Assembly: GCF_002571385.2 (NCBI RefSeq)
Contig: NW_019217784.1
Location: forward strand, 791,218-855,217
Source: Stylophora pistillata
Taxonomy: Eukaryota
Reading direction: 5' to 3'
DNA: 64,000 nt
The notes beneath the pieces are model-generated. The model saw only the letters and a program-made list of their open reading frames with translations. It was not told the DNA's origin and did not search any database. Both the position numbers and the translations under genes were made by a program. This document shows, one piece after another, positions 47,001 through 62,100 of this stretch (position 1 is the stretch's first letter; every line of letters begins with the position of its first letter).

Positions 47001-50000
47001 GAGCACTGGGGCTAACCCTTTGTTCAATTTATCAGTGCAATCTGAGACCTCTTAAACAACTTTTTTTTTAATTTGTGTATTCTATATTAAATGATTAAAG
47101 AGGTCATTTCCATGTGTTTTTATTGTGTTGTAATGAAATGTACTCATCTTAGGTCGTCGTGGAAATCAGATAATTGTACCATATCGGGGAGATGAACATG
47201 ACTACCGGAACCTCAGGATGATGGGGGATTTGGGACAGATCATGTTTTTTGTGAGTGATTTTTGTAAGCCAGAGCTAAGATTATTGGTCATAGCTTGAGT
47301 CGAAAACAAATGTGTAGAAAAATATTTGATGGTCCAATGCCCCTCTTGTTCTTATTACCTGTATTAAAAAAAGGACTAGTTTGAAATATACAGTGAACAC
47401 GTAGAGGTCACATTTTCTATATAAAGAACTTGCGAGTCCCCTGACCTGACAGTAGAATTGATCAAAATTTGAAATATAATGTTGGTGTTACTAAGTGGAT
47501 GTTTGATACCTGTCTAGTATAATACTTCCAGATGACACCCCTGGACTTGAAACACATCAACAAAGGATTCTCATTCACACTATTGTGCAACCATCATCAG
47601 AATGCATGTTCAAATTAAATGAGCCAAAATCATTAATAAAATAGTTTCCTCTTCAACCAGTCAACACAATCATATACATGTATCTTCTGTATAGTGAGAA
47701 CCTCTGCTAGTTTTCTGGTACAATGGGTTATATTTTTGTAAATTATATTTTGTAAATTCAAATGGTTCCTTCAACTAAAATCAAGGCTGATACCAAAGAG
47801 CAGCAATAGTTTTCATTTTAGTATTTACAGCAGATGGAGACCACATTTGAAGTGTCTTTTTATTAATTAAAAATTGCTATTGCTAAATAATATTCAAAAA
47901 TTTTGATTTCCTCTTCTATGTCTAAGGATTATCATCTAAAAGATGTTGAGTCTGTGGCCAAAGTTATGAAGCATTCCAACTGTGTGATCAACTTGATTGG
48001 CAGACAGTTTGAAACAAGGTGTGCGTCAGACCTCAATGCATAAGAAATTAAGCAGAAACATTGTTTGAGGACTTGTGTAATTTACGCCAGTTCACACACT
48101 TAAAATGATAACAACTTTGTACCCATGACCCTACCCCCCCTAGCTTCCCCCTCCTCCCACCCTCAAAACAAAACAATGAATGAACTGGTTCATACTTAGC
48201 TTTATTATATGGCTGTGTCTCGCAAGGACTGGGAACTACCAAATTTATGAATTTGATTGGCTGAAATCAATATTGAAAGCGGTCTAGATTTTCCCATCTA
48301 GATAAGCATCTAGCCCGGTCTAGAAAAAAAAAGGTGCAAAGAATATAAAAAATTGGCATATAAGACACAGCCATATGATAAACATCTTATTAACCGAGCT
48401 AGGTCTGTATGGGAGAATCTTGACCTCGGTTGCTGGTACAGACCGAACGCAGTGAGGTCTGTACTGGCGACCTTGGTCAAGATTCTCCCATACAGACCTC
48501 CCACTCAGTTAATAAGAACTAAATAATTTCATTATTCCTGAGTTAGCATTTGTATTAGTGCTTTACTAATAACAGATACAGTGTATGCCTGTTTATGGTA
48601 TTTGATAGCTGCAGAGCCACATGAGGTGTTGATTGATAGCTTCTCAAAGTAAATGATGTTAGCTTTAATATAGTTTCAATTGGAAAAAATAATTCAACAT
48701 TATTCATTGCTATTTTGTTTTAGAAATCTCTATGCTAGAGCTACCTCAACCTTTGGATGAAGCTTCATCCTGAGATTTTATATACATAAATTTAGTTGTA
48801 CATACTTTTCCCATACAGTGTGACATTAATTTTTGATATTATTTTTTCCAGAAACTTTACATTTGAGGATGCCCACAGTGAGGGAGCAAGGGTTATTGCC
48901 AAAGCTGCTCGGGAAGCAGGAGTCAAACGCTTAATTCATGTGTCAGCACTTAATGCCAGTGAGGATAGCCCATCTAAATTTCTACAGTCAAAGGTTAATC
49001 TCAGTCGCTAGCTTGCTGCAGCTCCACACTTTGCTATAAATTTAGAACAGAAAAGAAGTTGGAAATTGTACTTTTGAAAAGATACCTGTGATGGATGCTT
49101 ACCCCGTGGGCAGCCTGTGGTACTTGATATTGAAAATTAGTGATGTAACCCCACTGCATTGTGTTGTTTAGAGATATTTCCTTTCCACTCATGAAGATGA
49201 AATTTACAAGGGCACAGTAGCACATTGAGCACATGGAAAGAATTAAAGAAAAAGTTAGAAGTTTAAAAAGAAAATTTAACACCTCTCTTTGGAAAGCCAC
49301 AGAATAATTTTTTTTTTGGGGGGGGGGGGGTGAATATCTGACTTAACTGGGAAATTCATTTATCCACATTTAGCAGAAGTTTTCTCTTCCTGATTGGTGT
49401 ACAGTTATGCCCATATATGTATTTGTTGTGCATGTTCTTTGCTTCCAATGCATGCTGGGACCTCATGCTTTCACGGGTCGCCATGTTCATTAAACATGTG
49501 TTGTGTTGAACTGTCGTGAGTTCTTTCTACGGTTTCCACATTTAGCAGAAGTTTTCTCTTCCTGATTAGTTGTAATAGCTGTTTTAACATAACATGTTGT
49601 GGAGCTTGATGGCTTTTTATATACTTGTATCACATTTGGATCGATTCTTCTCTTTAAAAATGCAAAAGTAGTAAATATAATAATGCCTGAGTTTTTCTGT
49701 ACTGATACAAATTTTTACTTTTCCTTATATGATAGGCACATGGGGAGGCTGCTGTTAGAGAGGAATTTCCTGATGCTACCATTGTGCGACCTGCAAAATT
49801 TTTTGGCCATGAAGATCAGTTTTTGAACTACTATGTGTGTAAGTTCATGTCGAAGATAAGTTACCAATAGTGAACTTTCAATGCACTTTTTTTAACATGT
49901 AACTTAATATTTAATTTTTATTCAAACTTGCACTATCTAAACAATTTTTTAATACTCAGGTCTAAAGAGGGTAGACAGAGGCCATTGGAATTCAGAAATT

Positions 50001-53000
50001 TTAACCAAATAATAGGCCATTTTACAGTTGTGTACTTAGTTGCCAAGCCTTTGATTTGGAGTGAGGCTGAAGGTGACCTTGTCATGATAGAGACCTGTAT
50101 CTAGTTAGCATGATAATAAAGTGATTTACATTTGAAAGGCAGCAAGGTTTTGCAGTAAATGGTTTGAACCCAGGGGTAACATGTGAAGGTGCAGAATGAT
50201 AGTCTGGGTGAGTGTATTCCTGAGAGGGACTGTTGTCAGTGGAGTCTCTGATGATGACTTCCACACAAGTGGTCAAAACGTCAGTCACCACCACCGACAA
50301 CAGTCCTTCTCCGGACTACACTCACCTGGACAATCATACTGCACTTTCGCAGCAAGGTTTGTTTCATAACAAGGTCAACCCCAGCCTCACTCCTATTAAT
50401 AGGCTTGGCAACCAAGCACACAACTGTAAAATGGACTATTAACATCAAGGATTCATTGATGCACCTTGCTATATTATGTGTACCATAGATAAATGTTTGG
50501 CTATTTGTAGTTAATTGTAATTTATTTCTTGTGGTTTTTGCTTTTGGCTGAGAGTTATATTCACTGTCCTCTTCAAGATCTTGGTAATATTCCTTTTGGT
50601 ATTCCACTTATTGATGGAGGCATGAACACAACCAAAAGGCCCGTCTATGTAAGTGAACTTTAAGCATTACTTTTGTGAGCAGAGCAGTATTGCACTTACC
50701 TATAAATTTGGGATGCAAACTACATTGACACGTATTCATCTCATGGAAGTGTGCTACCAACACAAGTATGCAAGATTATGAGAATTTCCATCCAAACCAG
50801 GTGTTAGGTACAGTGTAGGAGTTTCACAAGTTTTTTAGACATTGTTGTAGGGGCTGTGTGCAGAAAGTGTTGAAAAGAATGTAAAAATAGATTAGTTGTG
50901 GCGTGTAGGATGGCTTTGAAGATTTGTGAAGGAGTGGTTTTTAGTGAATGAAAGAAATGTTATAAAACGGTTTCACCAATTCCTTAATGATGCTTACTAA
51001 AGTTTTTAACATGGCTTATTTTTCTTCTGAGGCTCAGGATAATCACATTTGGAGCAATTGGGTATCTGGATGGATAGTATAGCTTGATAATGTTTGTAGG
51101 CAATATGATGAAGTAAGTCAATCAACAATTACATTGTGCTTAATTTAGTTTTGGTTTTTCCTTGTTGGTTCCAGGTGGCTGATGTTGCCCAAGCAATAGT
51201 AAATGCTGTTAATAATGATGAGAGCATTGGACAAACATTTGAACTTACAGGGTGAGATATCTTAAGGTTGTTTCTGATCAGAATTTGGATTTTACCACAC
51301 TGAAGTCATTTGTGACCTTTGACTAAACAGATGCACAGTCACATGGATTTTTTTTTTTTTTTTTCAATATATATTGTCCTCTGTAGACAAAGTCAGCGAG
51401 GTTCATAGCAGGACTAGGTTTGAAACAATGGCATTTTTAAACTAGGTTGGTTTCTATATACATACATATGTATAAGAGGAGCTCAAATTTGTTATCTCTC
51501 CTCATTCAAGTGTTAACTGTGGTAGGGATAATTGTTTATTTCTTTATGTTTTTTTTAATTATTTTTTTCTTCTTAGCCCAGAAGAATATTACTTGCTTGA
51601 TATTCTGGACTACATCTATCGGCTGATTAGGAAAGAGCTTCCCTACTACAACATATCAAGAAATATGTACAAGTAAGCTGCCATGGTACAAATCATTAGT
51701 GAACTATGATCCTACATACAGACATACGGTATATACATATCTTTATTTGATAAGTAGGTTAAAAGATTGGCAACTTTACAGCTGATGTGGACCTACTATA
51801 TTATCTATGTAAAATAACATAAATAAACCTAGAGTAAAGTGTTAATATAAGAAACAGAATGAATATAAATATAAATGTGTCATAATGTATCAGAAATAGT
51901 AGAAATTTGAATTCTTATTATAAACAACAGAGCCACCCTCCTTTCCAAAATTTATATTTACAACATAATTTTTTGCCTTTTTAAACCTATTTTTAAAAGC
52001 AACGGGATTAGAAAAGTGTCTTAAACTATCTGGTAAGGAATTCCAGGCAATTGCTGCCCTGTGTGCAAAAGAACTACGGCCAAGTTCAGTATTAGGTCTA
52101 TAAATTAATATATTTAGCGATTTTCTAAGATTATAACTATTAGAGCAGTTAACAACCAAGGAATTTACTTCATTTAAGCCCAAGCCATAAAATGTCATGT
52201 GAGTGATAGTTAGGATACGAAGCCTATAGAAATACTCAAGATGCATCCACCCAATCAATCTTATCTGTTATCCGTATTCCTTTGTTTATCTGACATGATA
52301 TGAATCATGTGATTATCATTGTGATGTTTTGTTTAATACATAAACTCCGTCATAGTATCATAGCATGACGACTGAACACGCACTTTATTATCAGAAGCTA
52401 TTATCCTGTGCTTTCTTACATTTTAATCGGGAGAAACACCGATATGTATATTTCGAACTACATCAATTATCATGCCAATTCCTTCTCGTGGTATTCTGTG
52501 TAAAGTTATTTGAAAGGAAAAGTTTTATTATTTGATTGTCTTACATTTCAGCCTTGTAGCCTGGGTCATGGAGCAGTCTATATTCAACCCGCGTCTTACA
52601 CGAGATATGCTGTTTAGGGTAAGAATGGAGAAATGAAATTTCCTGCCGTTACTCCATTTTGTAAGCCACGGTATGTAATGGGTCATGAGGCTCATGAATT
52701 TACTACGACTGAAAGTTCACGGCCGAACCACAGCTTGCCAGTGTAATCAGTGTCCTAATTATCCATTGAAAACCGTAATTGTAGCCAAAATTTATTCAAG
52801 TTTTGTGGTTGTAGTTGTTTATTTCTTTTTTTTCAGGAATTCCTATCAGACCAGGTTACACCAGGTTTACCAGGACTGAAAGATCTTGGAGTTGAACCTC
52901 ATTCAGTTGAAGATATCGCCATATCAGTTCTTCGGCGCCACAGGGACTGCTACTTCTTTGAGGATTCCATCGATAGCGAGGAACCTTGTAGACCTACCAG

Positions 53001-53019
53001 CTCTTACGCAACTCAATAA
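44079..53019 (+). CDS. NDUFA9: NADH dehydrogenase 1 alpha subcomplex subunit 9; exons (44079-44112, 44471-44511 tentative), 46749-46866, 47153-47250, 47927-48018, 48852-48993, 49736-49838, 50578-50648, 51175-51251, 51577-51672, 52552-52618, 52837-53019
   Basis: [87 protein letters not shown]. The transit-peptide exons are less certain. Confidence 0.95.
45141..45291 (+). ncRNA. Candidate intronic H/ACA snoRNA
   Basis: Hairpin 1 CTGAGG/CCTCAG with upper stem CATTGT/ACAGTG; H box AAATTA at 45206-45211; hairpin 2 GGCC/GGCC with apical AGAG-CTTG-CTCT; ACA at 45286-45288 plus 3 nt. It is sense within an NDUFA9 intron. No target identified. Confidence 0.35.
46102..46474. mobile_element. MITE with ~65-bp TIRs containing a nested hAT5-like element (46231-46406)
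   Basis: Outer TIRs AAACAAATAGAGAAGCCTTGACTGTGCTC... / ...GAGCACAGTCAAGGCTTCTCTATTTGTTT. Inner element CAGGGCTTGACACTAA / TTAGTATCGAGCCCTG with 5-bp TSD CATGC. Confidence 0.8.
48201..48520. mobile_element. Composite MITE-like repeat with internal inverted repeats
   Basis: ATATGGCTGTGTCT / AGACACAGCCATAT and AGGTCTGTATGGGAGAATCTTGACC / GGTCAAGATTCTCCCATACAGACCT. Confidence 0.65.
50011..50440. mobile_element. MITE with ~75-bp imperfect TIRs
   Basis: AATAGGCCATTTTACAGTTGTGTACTTAGTTGCCAAGCCT / AGGCTTGGCAACCAAGCACACAACTGTAAAATGGACTATT. Confidence 0.8.
50151..50348 (+). mobile_element. Penelope-like pLTR fragment with degenerate hammerhead core, nested in the MITE
   Basis: TSD GCAGCAAGGTTT at 50139-50150 and 50349-50360. 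CTGATGA (50248-50254)...GGTC-AAAA-CGTC. Flanking inverted arms GGGTGAGTGTA...GGACTGTTGTC / GACAACAGTCC...TACACTCACC. Confidence 0.7.
51712..52258 (-). mobile_element. LINE 3' fragment (end of ORF2 plus tail) in an NDUFA9 intron
   Basis: YNLRKS...[23 protein letters not shown]...FKNRFK, followed by AATAAA and a (TATG)n-like tail on the - strand. Confidence 0.75.
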
Positions 53020-54004
53020 CACTGCCCGTTCTTTTCAGTGAAGAGAGCTTTAATTATATATTATGACTTCCACACCACCACACTCTCCGTGCTTTTTCAA
53101 TTACGGTTTTTTCTACTTTTTGTGTTCATGGTTAAGACATGGACGTGTCTTGGATATTTGAAATTGATTATTATTTCTTATTATCAGTTATGATAACCTG
53201 AAGGTGATAAATAAAGATGGTACTTAAACTAAATAAAGAGAGGTTTGGTTTCTTATGGTCACACGGTTTAAAATGACGTAGTGATATTTTTCTCGTCATG
53301 ACAGAATGAATAGCTGAGAGGAGATGAAGTTGTAATCTTGATCGGTCCGTCCGTCGGTCGGTCGTTGGTGACAGCCCTAAATTAAAAAAAAAAAAAAACC
53401 TTCCTTGTCAGTGTTTGTTGAGAGAAATTCCTGCACACGGAGAGAGGGAGGTATGATAGATTATTCAAACATGACGAGGATTGTTGCAAGGAGGAAAGAC
53501 CATGTATCACTACCATCACACTTACTTGCATCAATCAAAAGGCGTGACAGAGGTACACAGTTTGTCCAGTCTCTCCTAACGTAATGCGAACGGGAAGTCG
53601 AAGTCTCGTAACCAGTCCTTCGCAGTCAAACATCGCTCGTAGTTGTACCTAAATGAATTTGATAACAGCGTTCCGATTGCCACCACCTTTGAAGCAATTT
53701 TCGGTGTATTGTTTCAATAAAAACTGTTTTGCCTTCTTTTCGGCCGCATCCCTAGTTAAAGTTATTTCCTCTCAATTGAAACTGGATTGAATAGGACTAG
53801 TCTAACCAGGCTGTTCAGACGTTTTGAAAGGTTGTCTTAAAGAAACAATGGCATTAGCGAAAGAAATCGGAGAAGACACTTTTTTAGGATTTTATGCTTT
53901 ATTTTTTTTTCCATTTTCATAACCTCGGTTAGGTCAAGACAGCACCTCGAGCACGAGGAAAGGTACTTATGCCCAGTACCCAATGTCCAATGAGGGGAGA
54001 CTGA

Positions 54005-56708
<2,704 letters not shown>

Positions 56709-57146
56709 CAGCTATGGATTGTTATAAACCTGACTTATTTATGATGATTTGTGAAAACACCAAGGCCTCAAACATTGAAGAAGACTTAATTGAGTTATGG
56801 TGTTGTTATACATTAAAAATGCCTAAAAGGGTGTAACAAAGAAGTTTCACTTCATCATAAGGTATTACTGGACAGGCTAAACTGTGTTGGATGATAACAA
56901 GCTGTAACAAGTGTTCATCAATGCTTAACACAATGGTCTCTTTTGTAGCCAGCCACTCCTTGAACCATGTAAAGCCAAACCAGAGAAGCCAAATGTCATG
57001 GGCAGCCACACTAATGAAATGAGTTTTGTCTGAATTTTGATTTCAAACATAGCAGAAGAGATGATTAATAAAAACAATTACTCTATGAAATATGTCAGTA
57101 TGTCCTTAGTTCTGATGTTCCTTTCCAATTGACACTGTGTCATTAG

Positions 57147-58262
57147 TTGACACCAGTTACTTTTGGTGTACCTCAAGGGTCGGTGCTGGGCCCTACCCTG
57201 TTTTCCATTTTCTGTAATGACCTGCCCAATATCACTGAGGGAATAGATGGTGACCCACAGCTTCATATGTACGCAGACAATACCACCGTCTATGTCTCGG
57301 CTCTGACCTATGATCTGGTGGCTTCCAAGATGAATGAAGTACTAGCAAGGCTATATACATGGTGTTGCGAGAACTGTCTCTCCACATCCCACCAAGACGG
57401 AATATATATTGCTTGGTGGACGCGGAAAATTTACTGGGCCAAAAGCTATTAAGATGGGTCCTTGTGTTATCGAGGAGGTTGTTTCTACGAGATGCCTAGG
57501 TGTTCAGATTGATAATGCTCTTAAATGGGATCATCATGTATCGGAAATAGCTAAGTCATATACGCAGAAGTTGAATTTACTTAAATCCTTGTATTTCCTG
57601 CCTAAACAGGCAAGAACTGATTTCTATTTTAAGGTTTTTCTGCCGTCTGTGACATATGGTATGTTAGTTTGGGGCTCTTGTGGTCGAGTATTTTTCTCAA
57701 CCTTAGAATCTATACATGTTAGAGCGGCGAAAATAATATTTAACTTGGATTGGTGTACTCCAAACAAGGAGGTTCTTGCCACAGTAAAATGGAATACCTT
57801 GGAGATTATGTATGAGAAATGATTACTAATCTTAGCGCATCAGGCTTATTATCATCTTTTACCTTGTCCTATGAACCGTCGCTTTGAAAAGTATGTAAGT
57901 AGCTACGACTTCAGGAGGAAAATGACATTTAGGTTACTTAGACCTAAGACCAATATGGTCAAGAAATCATGCTCATACAAGTCAATTACTCGGTGGAACG
58001 CTCTGGAAAATCAAATGAGATCAATTCAAGACGTTGACGCTTTTAAAAAGTCACTCAAGTGTATTTTTAAGCCACGTATATTATAATGATGTACTATGTG
58101 GAATTTTTATTGTTGAAAATTTTACATTAGTCTTATAATTAGTTAAGAATTTAGTTTTATTGTATTTTGTTAGGAATTTAGTTTTATTGTTTGTACACGA
58201 CCACATCAGCTTTTGCTGAATTTTTTTTACCGTGTTTAAATAAATGCTGTTGTTGTTGTTGT
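57147..58262 (+). mobile_element. 5'-truncated LINE (L2/CR1 clade) reverse transcriptase, frameshifted
   Basis: GVPQGSVLGPTLF, YADN (YADD variant), CLGVQIDNALKWDHHV, RWNAL. AATAAA plus a (TGT)n tail. Near-TSD GTTGACACCA (57146) / GTTGACGCCA (58261). Confidence 0.9.
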
Positions 58263-59128
58263 TGACGCCACCTGACATTTTGCAACTGAAACCTGTTATT
58301 TCTCTACTTCCATTCCCTTTTGTCCTTTGAAATAATGTGAAACTTATCTTAAGTTCATAAGGAGAGTTTTAGTTGCCCTTAATAATAATAATAATAATAA
58401 TAATAATATAATATTTATATTGCACAAATTAACATGTGGATATGATCAAATGTGCATCACAACACTCTTCGGGGGACTTTGGCCAGACTGTATCAGCAGT
58501 TTTTTTTTTTTAGGTTCATATGTTGATAGAATTTTCAGAAAATAAGTATGAAGCATTTAGAATTAAACCCTAACCATTCGTTCTCCATGGGGCCTGCACT
58601 GTTGACTGGCATCTGTAAGTGCTCAGTCAGTTCTGGCAACTTCATGAGGTGCTTTCATGGTCTTGTGAACTTGGAGAAGTGGAAAAGGATGATAAAGGGG
58701 AAAGTTAAGAGTGTAAATAGAGTGAAAACTAGTCAGAAATGACCTACAGAAGTGACTGAAATGTGGTTTTCATTTATTCGTTTTGAATTAAGCTTCAAAT
58801 AAATTTCAATATCTGAAACAAAAAAATTACATCATTCTATAAAGAGCTCGAGGTGCTTTAATTGGGTGTAATTTCTGGTGTACTGGTAGATTGGCAACCG
58901 GTGGGGAGAGGGTCTCATAAGCAGAAGGTTACAGTATTCATAGCGTTGATTATTTCCATTCAAGGCGCAGGACCTCGTGTGGCTTAGCTTAACCTATTCA
59001 CTGTATCCCTTCCAACCGCGAGCTCAAGGTCTATTCGACCTTATAAAGGGGCCAAACACTTAAGAGAGGCCGCTATCCGGCCTTATCAAGTTTTAGATAC
59101 TGCTGGCTCAGCCTACTGGCATTCCAAC

Positions 59129-62100
59129 ATGGTCGTTTGTTTTCTACAACAACGTGTGTTAAGCAATCAGCAAATTTACGGTACGTGCCGGTTTACTTGC
59201 CGTCAACTCTGTGCTGTAGCCGCAAAAACAGAACGTCAAGAGACTCGTCAGACTGGAGTTCCATTGATAATTCCGAAACATGTGATCGCCAAAGCTTTTA
59301 TCGTTCATCCTTCAACAACAAGTGTGTTTGACGCCAGCTCAAAATATCAATGGCTTACTAAGACCAAGTTATTCGAGGGATTACCCGCTCCTTTTTCAAA
59401 CGTAGACAATTTCGTGGATGATAAAGAATATGTGCATCTAAGAGAAAATTTCAAGGAGTCCATTCTACATAACCATGCTTTCCGCAGAGAAGGAATAAGC
59501 GCGAACCACAGGTTCAGACGTAGAGGAGAGGAAATGACTATGGGGTTTTTGCAAGATTTGCTGAGGTTTGGATGGTCGTTGTCTGATCGACATCGTCATT
59601 TGGATGATTGTTTTCTTGATTTGAAGCCCAGGATGAGGATCCACTGGGTCAGACATCATAACTTTTACCAGTTGGACCAAGAGCCGGCATTTGTTATTCG
59701 AACAAAGCAACCCACCCATCTTTTAGAAACAGGTAAGTGAGACAACTTTTCTTTCTGATTGGAACCCAGACAGAAAAAATCAACTAAATTGCTGTAGCTC
59801 TGAGAGGAATTGTCTTAGTACACTTTATTCCGGCCACTTAATATGTGTCTTTAAATAGCTGCTCCCACAAGGTATCCGGTCGTTTCACCAACGAGTTGTT
59901 TCACCAACGTCTCGTTCGCCAACGTGTTAGGTTGATTCGCCAACGTCCTATGTCGATTCGTCAACGTCCTACTGGTCAATTCGCCAACGTCTAAATAAAA
60001 GTTTGCCTTCACTTGTGTTCTCTTGCAATGTTGTGTTATGTGGCATTTTATAAAGGTGAGACTTTTCTTCTTTGAATGGATAACAGTCAACAATCCTTAT
60101 TGAAATATACTATTAAAAACATGTTTTCTAGTTTTTGCAGAAGCGCCTATTATGGCACTCCTTGCTTCTTTTAATTGAGTGCGAAGTGAAAACTGTCATA
60201 GATTTAAAACGAGTTCTGTTAACTGGCGGCATTCTAATGGAAGGTGCGACTTATGTTGCTTATTGTTTTCTGTTTCACATTTCATAACGACTTAGTGCTT
60301 CATTGAAGAGATGCTTTTGGACTATATTGTAATAAAATATCTGGTTTTTTGTACTTGTAAATATTTGATACTATATATTGTAATAAAATTGCTGTTGTTA
60401 TTTAGTTGACGTTCCATTTTATTTATTACTCGATTATAAGGCTGGAAAAGTTGAATATACAATGTTAATCGACATCGTAATACATTAATGAATTGGTGCG
60501 GTAGTTGCAACAACTGTCAAAATGTGCAAATTGATCGGAAGTCAGTCAAGCGAAACTGGCAGTGACTCAAGGATCAGGATTGCATTCTAAACATCTATAA
60601 GCAACTTTTTTTTTCGTTATTCTTGGATGTCTGACATTGGCAAATTGACCAGTAGGACATTGGGAAATCGACATAGGACGTTGGTGAATCAACCTAACAC
60701 ATCGGCGAACGAAACGTCGGCTAAACGACTGCAATTCTCCCACAGTCCTGAAGTCGCTAAATTAAATAGTGGCTCCTGCAGTTCAGTGGTGCAAAATTCT
60801 GTGGTCGGCTTGAACAGTTGCGTGGCATATGCTCTAAAAGAGTCATTCATTTTTGAATGGGAAGAGGGTATCTGATTCTTTTGCCCCACTATCGAGTTTG
60901 CCCCTTTGAGTTTTTTCCCTACCGTAGACCATGTTTGCCCCTACCATGTCTAAATTACTGTAGTTTCTGTCTAAAATTATGAACAAGTTACAACCAAAAC
61001 AAGTTTCAAATTTAATTGGGCAACAGCCATTTTGAAAGTTTATATGTGCGTGGGAGCTGGGGCGACCAGAAACAAGAAATACCAGAAACAACTATGCTAG
61101 CAGTAATGTTTCAAAATTGTTGGACTGTGGTCAAACAGTGAAATACAAAGAACTTTTGTTGGTCGTGACCTTTACAGTGGCTCCTAAAGGAGCTGTTTTT
61201 ATATTTAACTGAGCCTAAAGGCTACATGGTTGTTCAATGATCAGGTTGTTAGCTATCTTGCGGTCAGTAGAGTACGTTGCAGGCTTGCAGAAACTGCTTT
61301 GCCATATGATCACCACTCTTGTACTGATCCCACAGGCTAAAGATATTTGCTTGCAGCTGCCGTTACATTTGTTATTCGAGTCTACACAGTTTATGCTCCA
61401 AAACTAGTTGTTTTTGGTAACCCCAGATCCCACGCAGAGTATTTAGTTGATTCTGCCAACCCAGTTCCCAAGCAGATTCCACACAATTGCCGAAATTTAA
61501 AATAGTCATGGCTGACTTGACATTTGGCACATTCTGCTAGTGCCTTGGATCTTGAATGATTTTTGTCACAAATCAACTCATCTGAACATTACACAATCTA
61601 GGGGCAAACTTGACGTGGTGGGGTCAAACTTGAAAAGTGTGGGGGCAAACATGGTATAAGGTAGGGGCCAACTTGAAAGGGTGAGCTTGATAGGGGGCGA
61701 ATGCAGTGCAATTCTATGTATGCCCCGTTCTTTAGTGTGGCTAAACAGTGTACACAAACACACATACCTTATATATATAATATAAATATATAATCTTTGT
61801 TCTTAGATCGAATCGAATGTGTGACTTTGGGAGCACAGGAGCAACAATTTGTTAACGTTCAAAGTGGCTGCATGTATTCTGAAGTTGCTCCAAATATTTG
61901 ATAAATAATAATTGTCTGTTCCACTCTGGAAAAAAGGGAGCATTCCTTAGCAATCAAATACAAGTACCAAAGAAATATATTCTGTTGTTTGACACTGACA
62001 CTTCAACTGCTTAGTATGTCAGGACAGTGTAACTGTTAGGGTGAAACACCAGAAGACTTGAAAAATTGTTATTTTGTTAATGCTACAAAATAAGCCTTTG

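Noticed and set aside
49105-49230. Second H/ACA candidate in an NDUFA9 intron
   Set aside because: A 3' hairpin and ACA are present, but there is no valid ANANNA H box between the hairpins.
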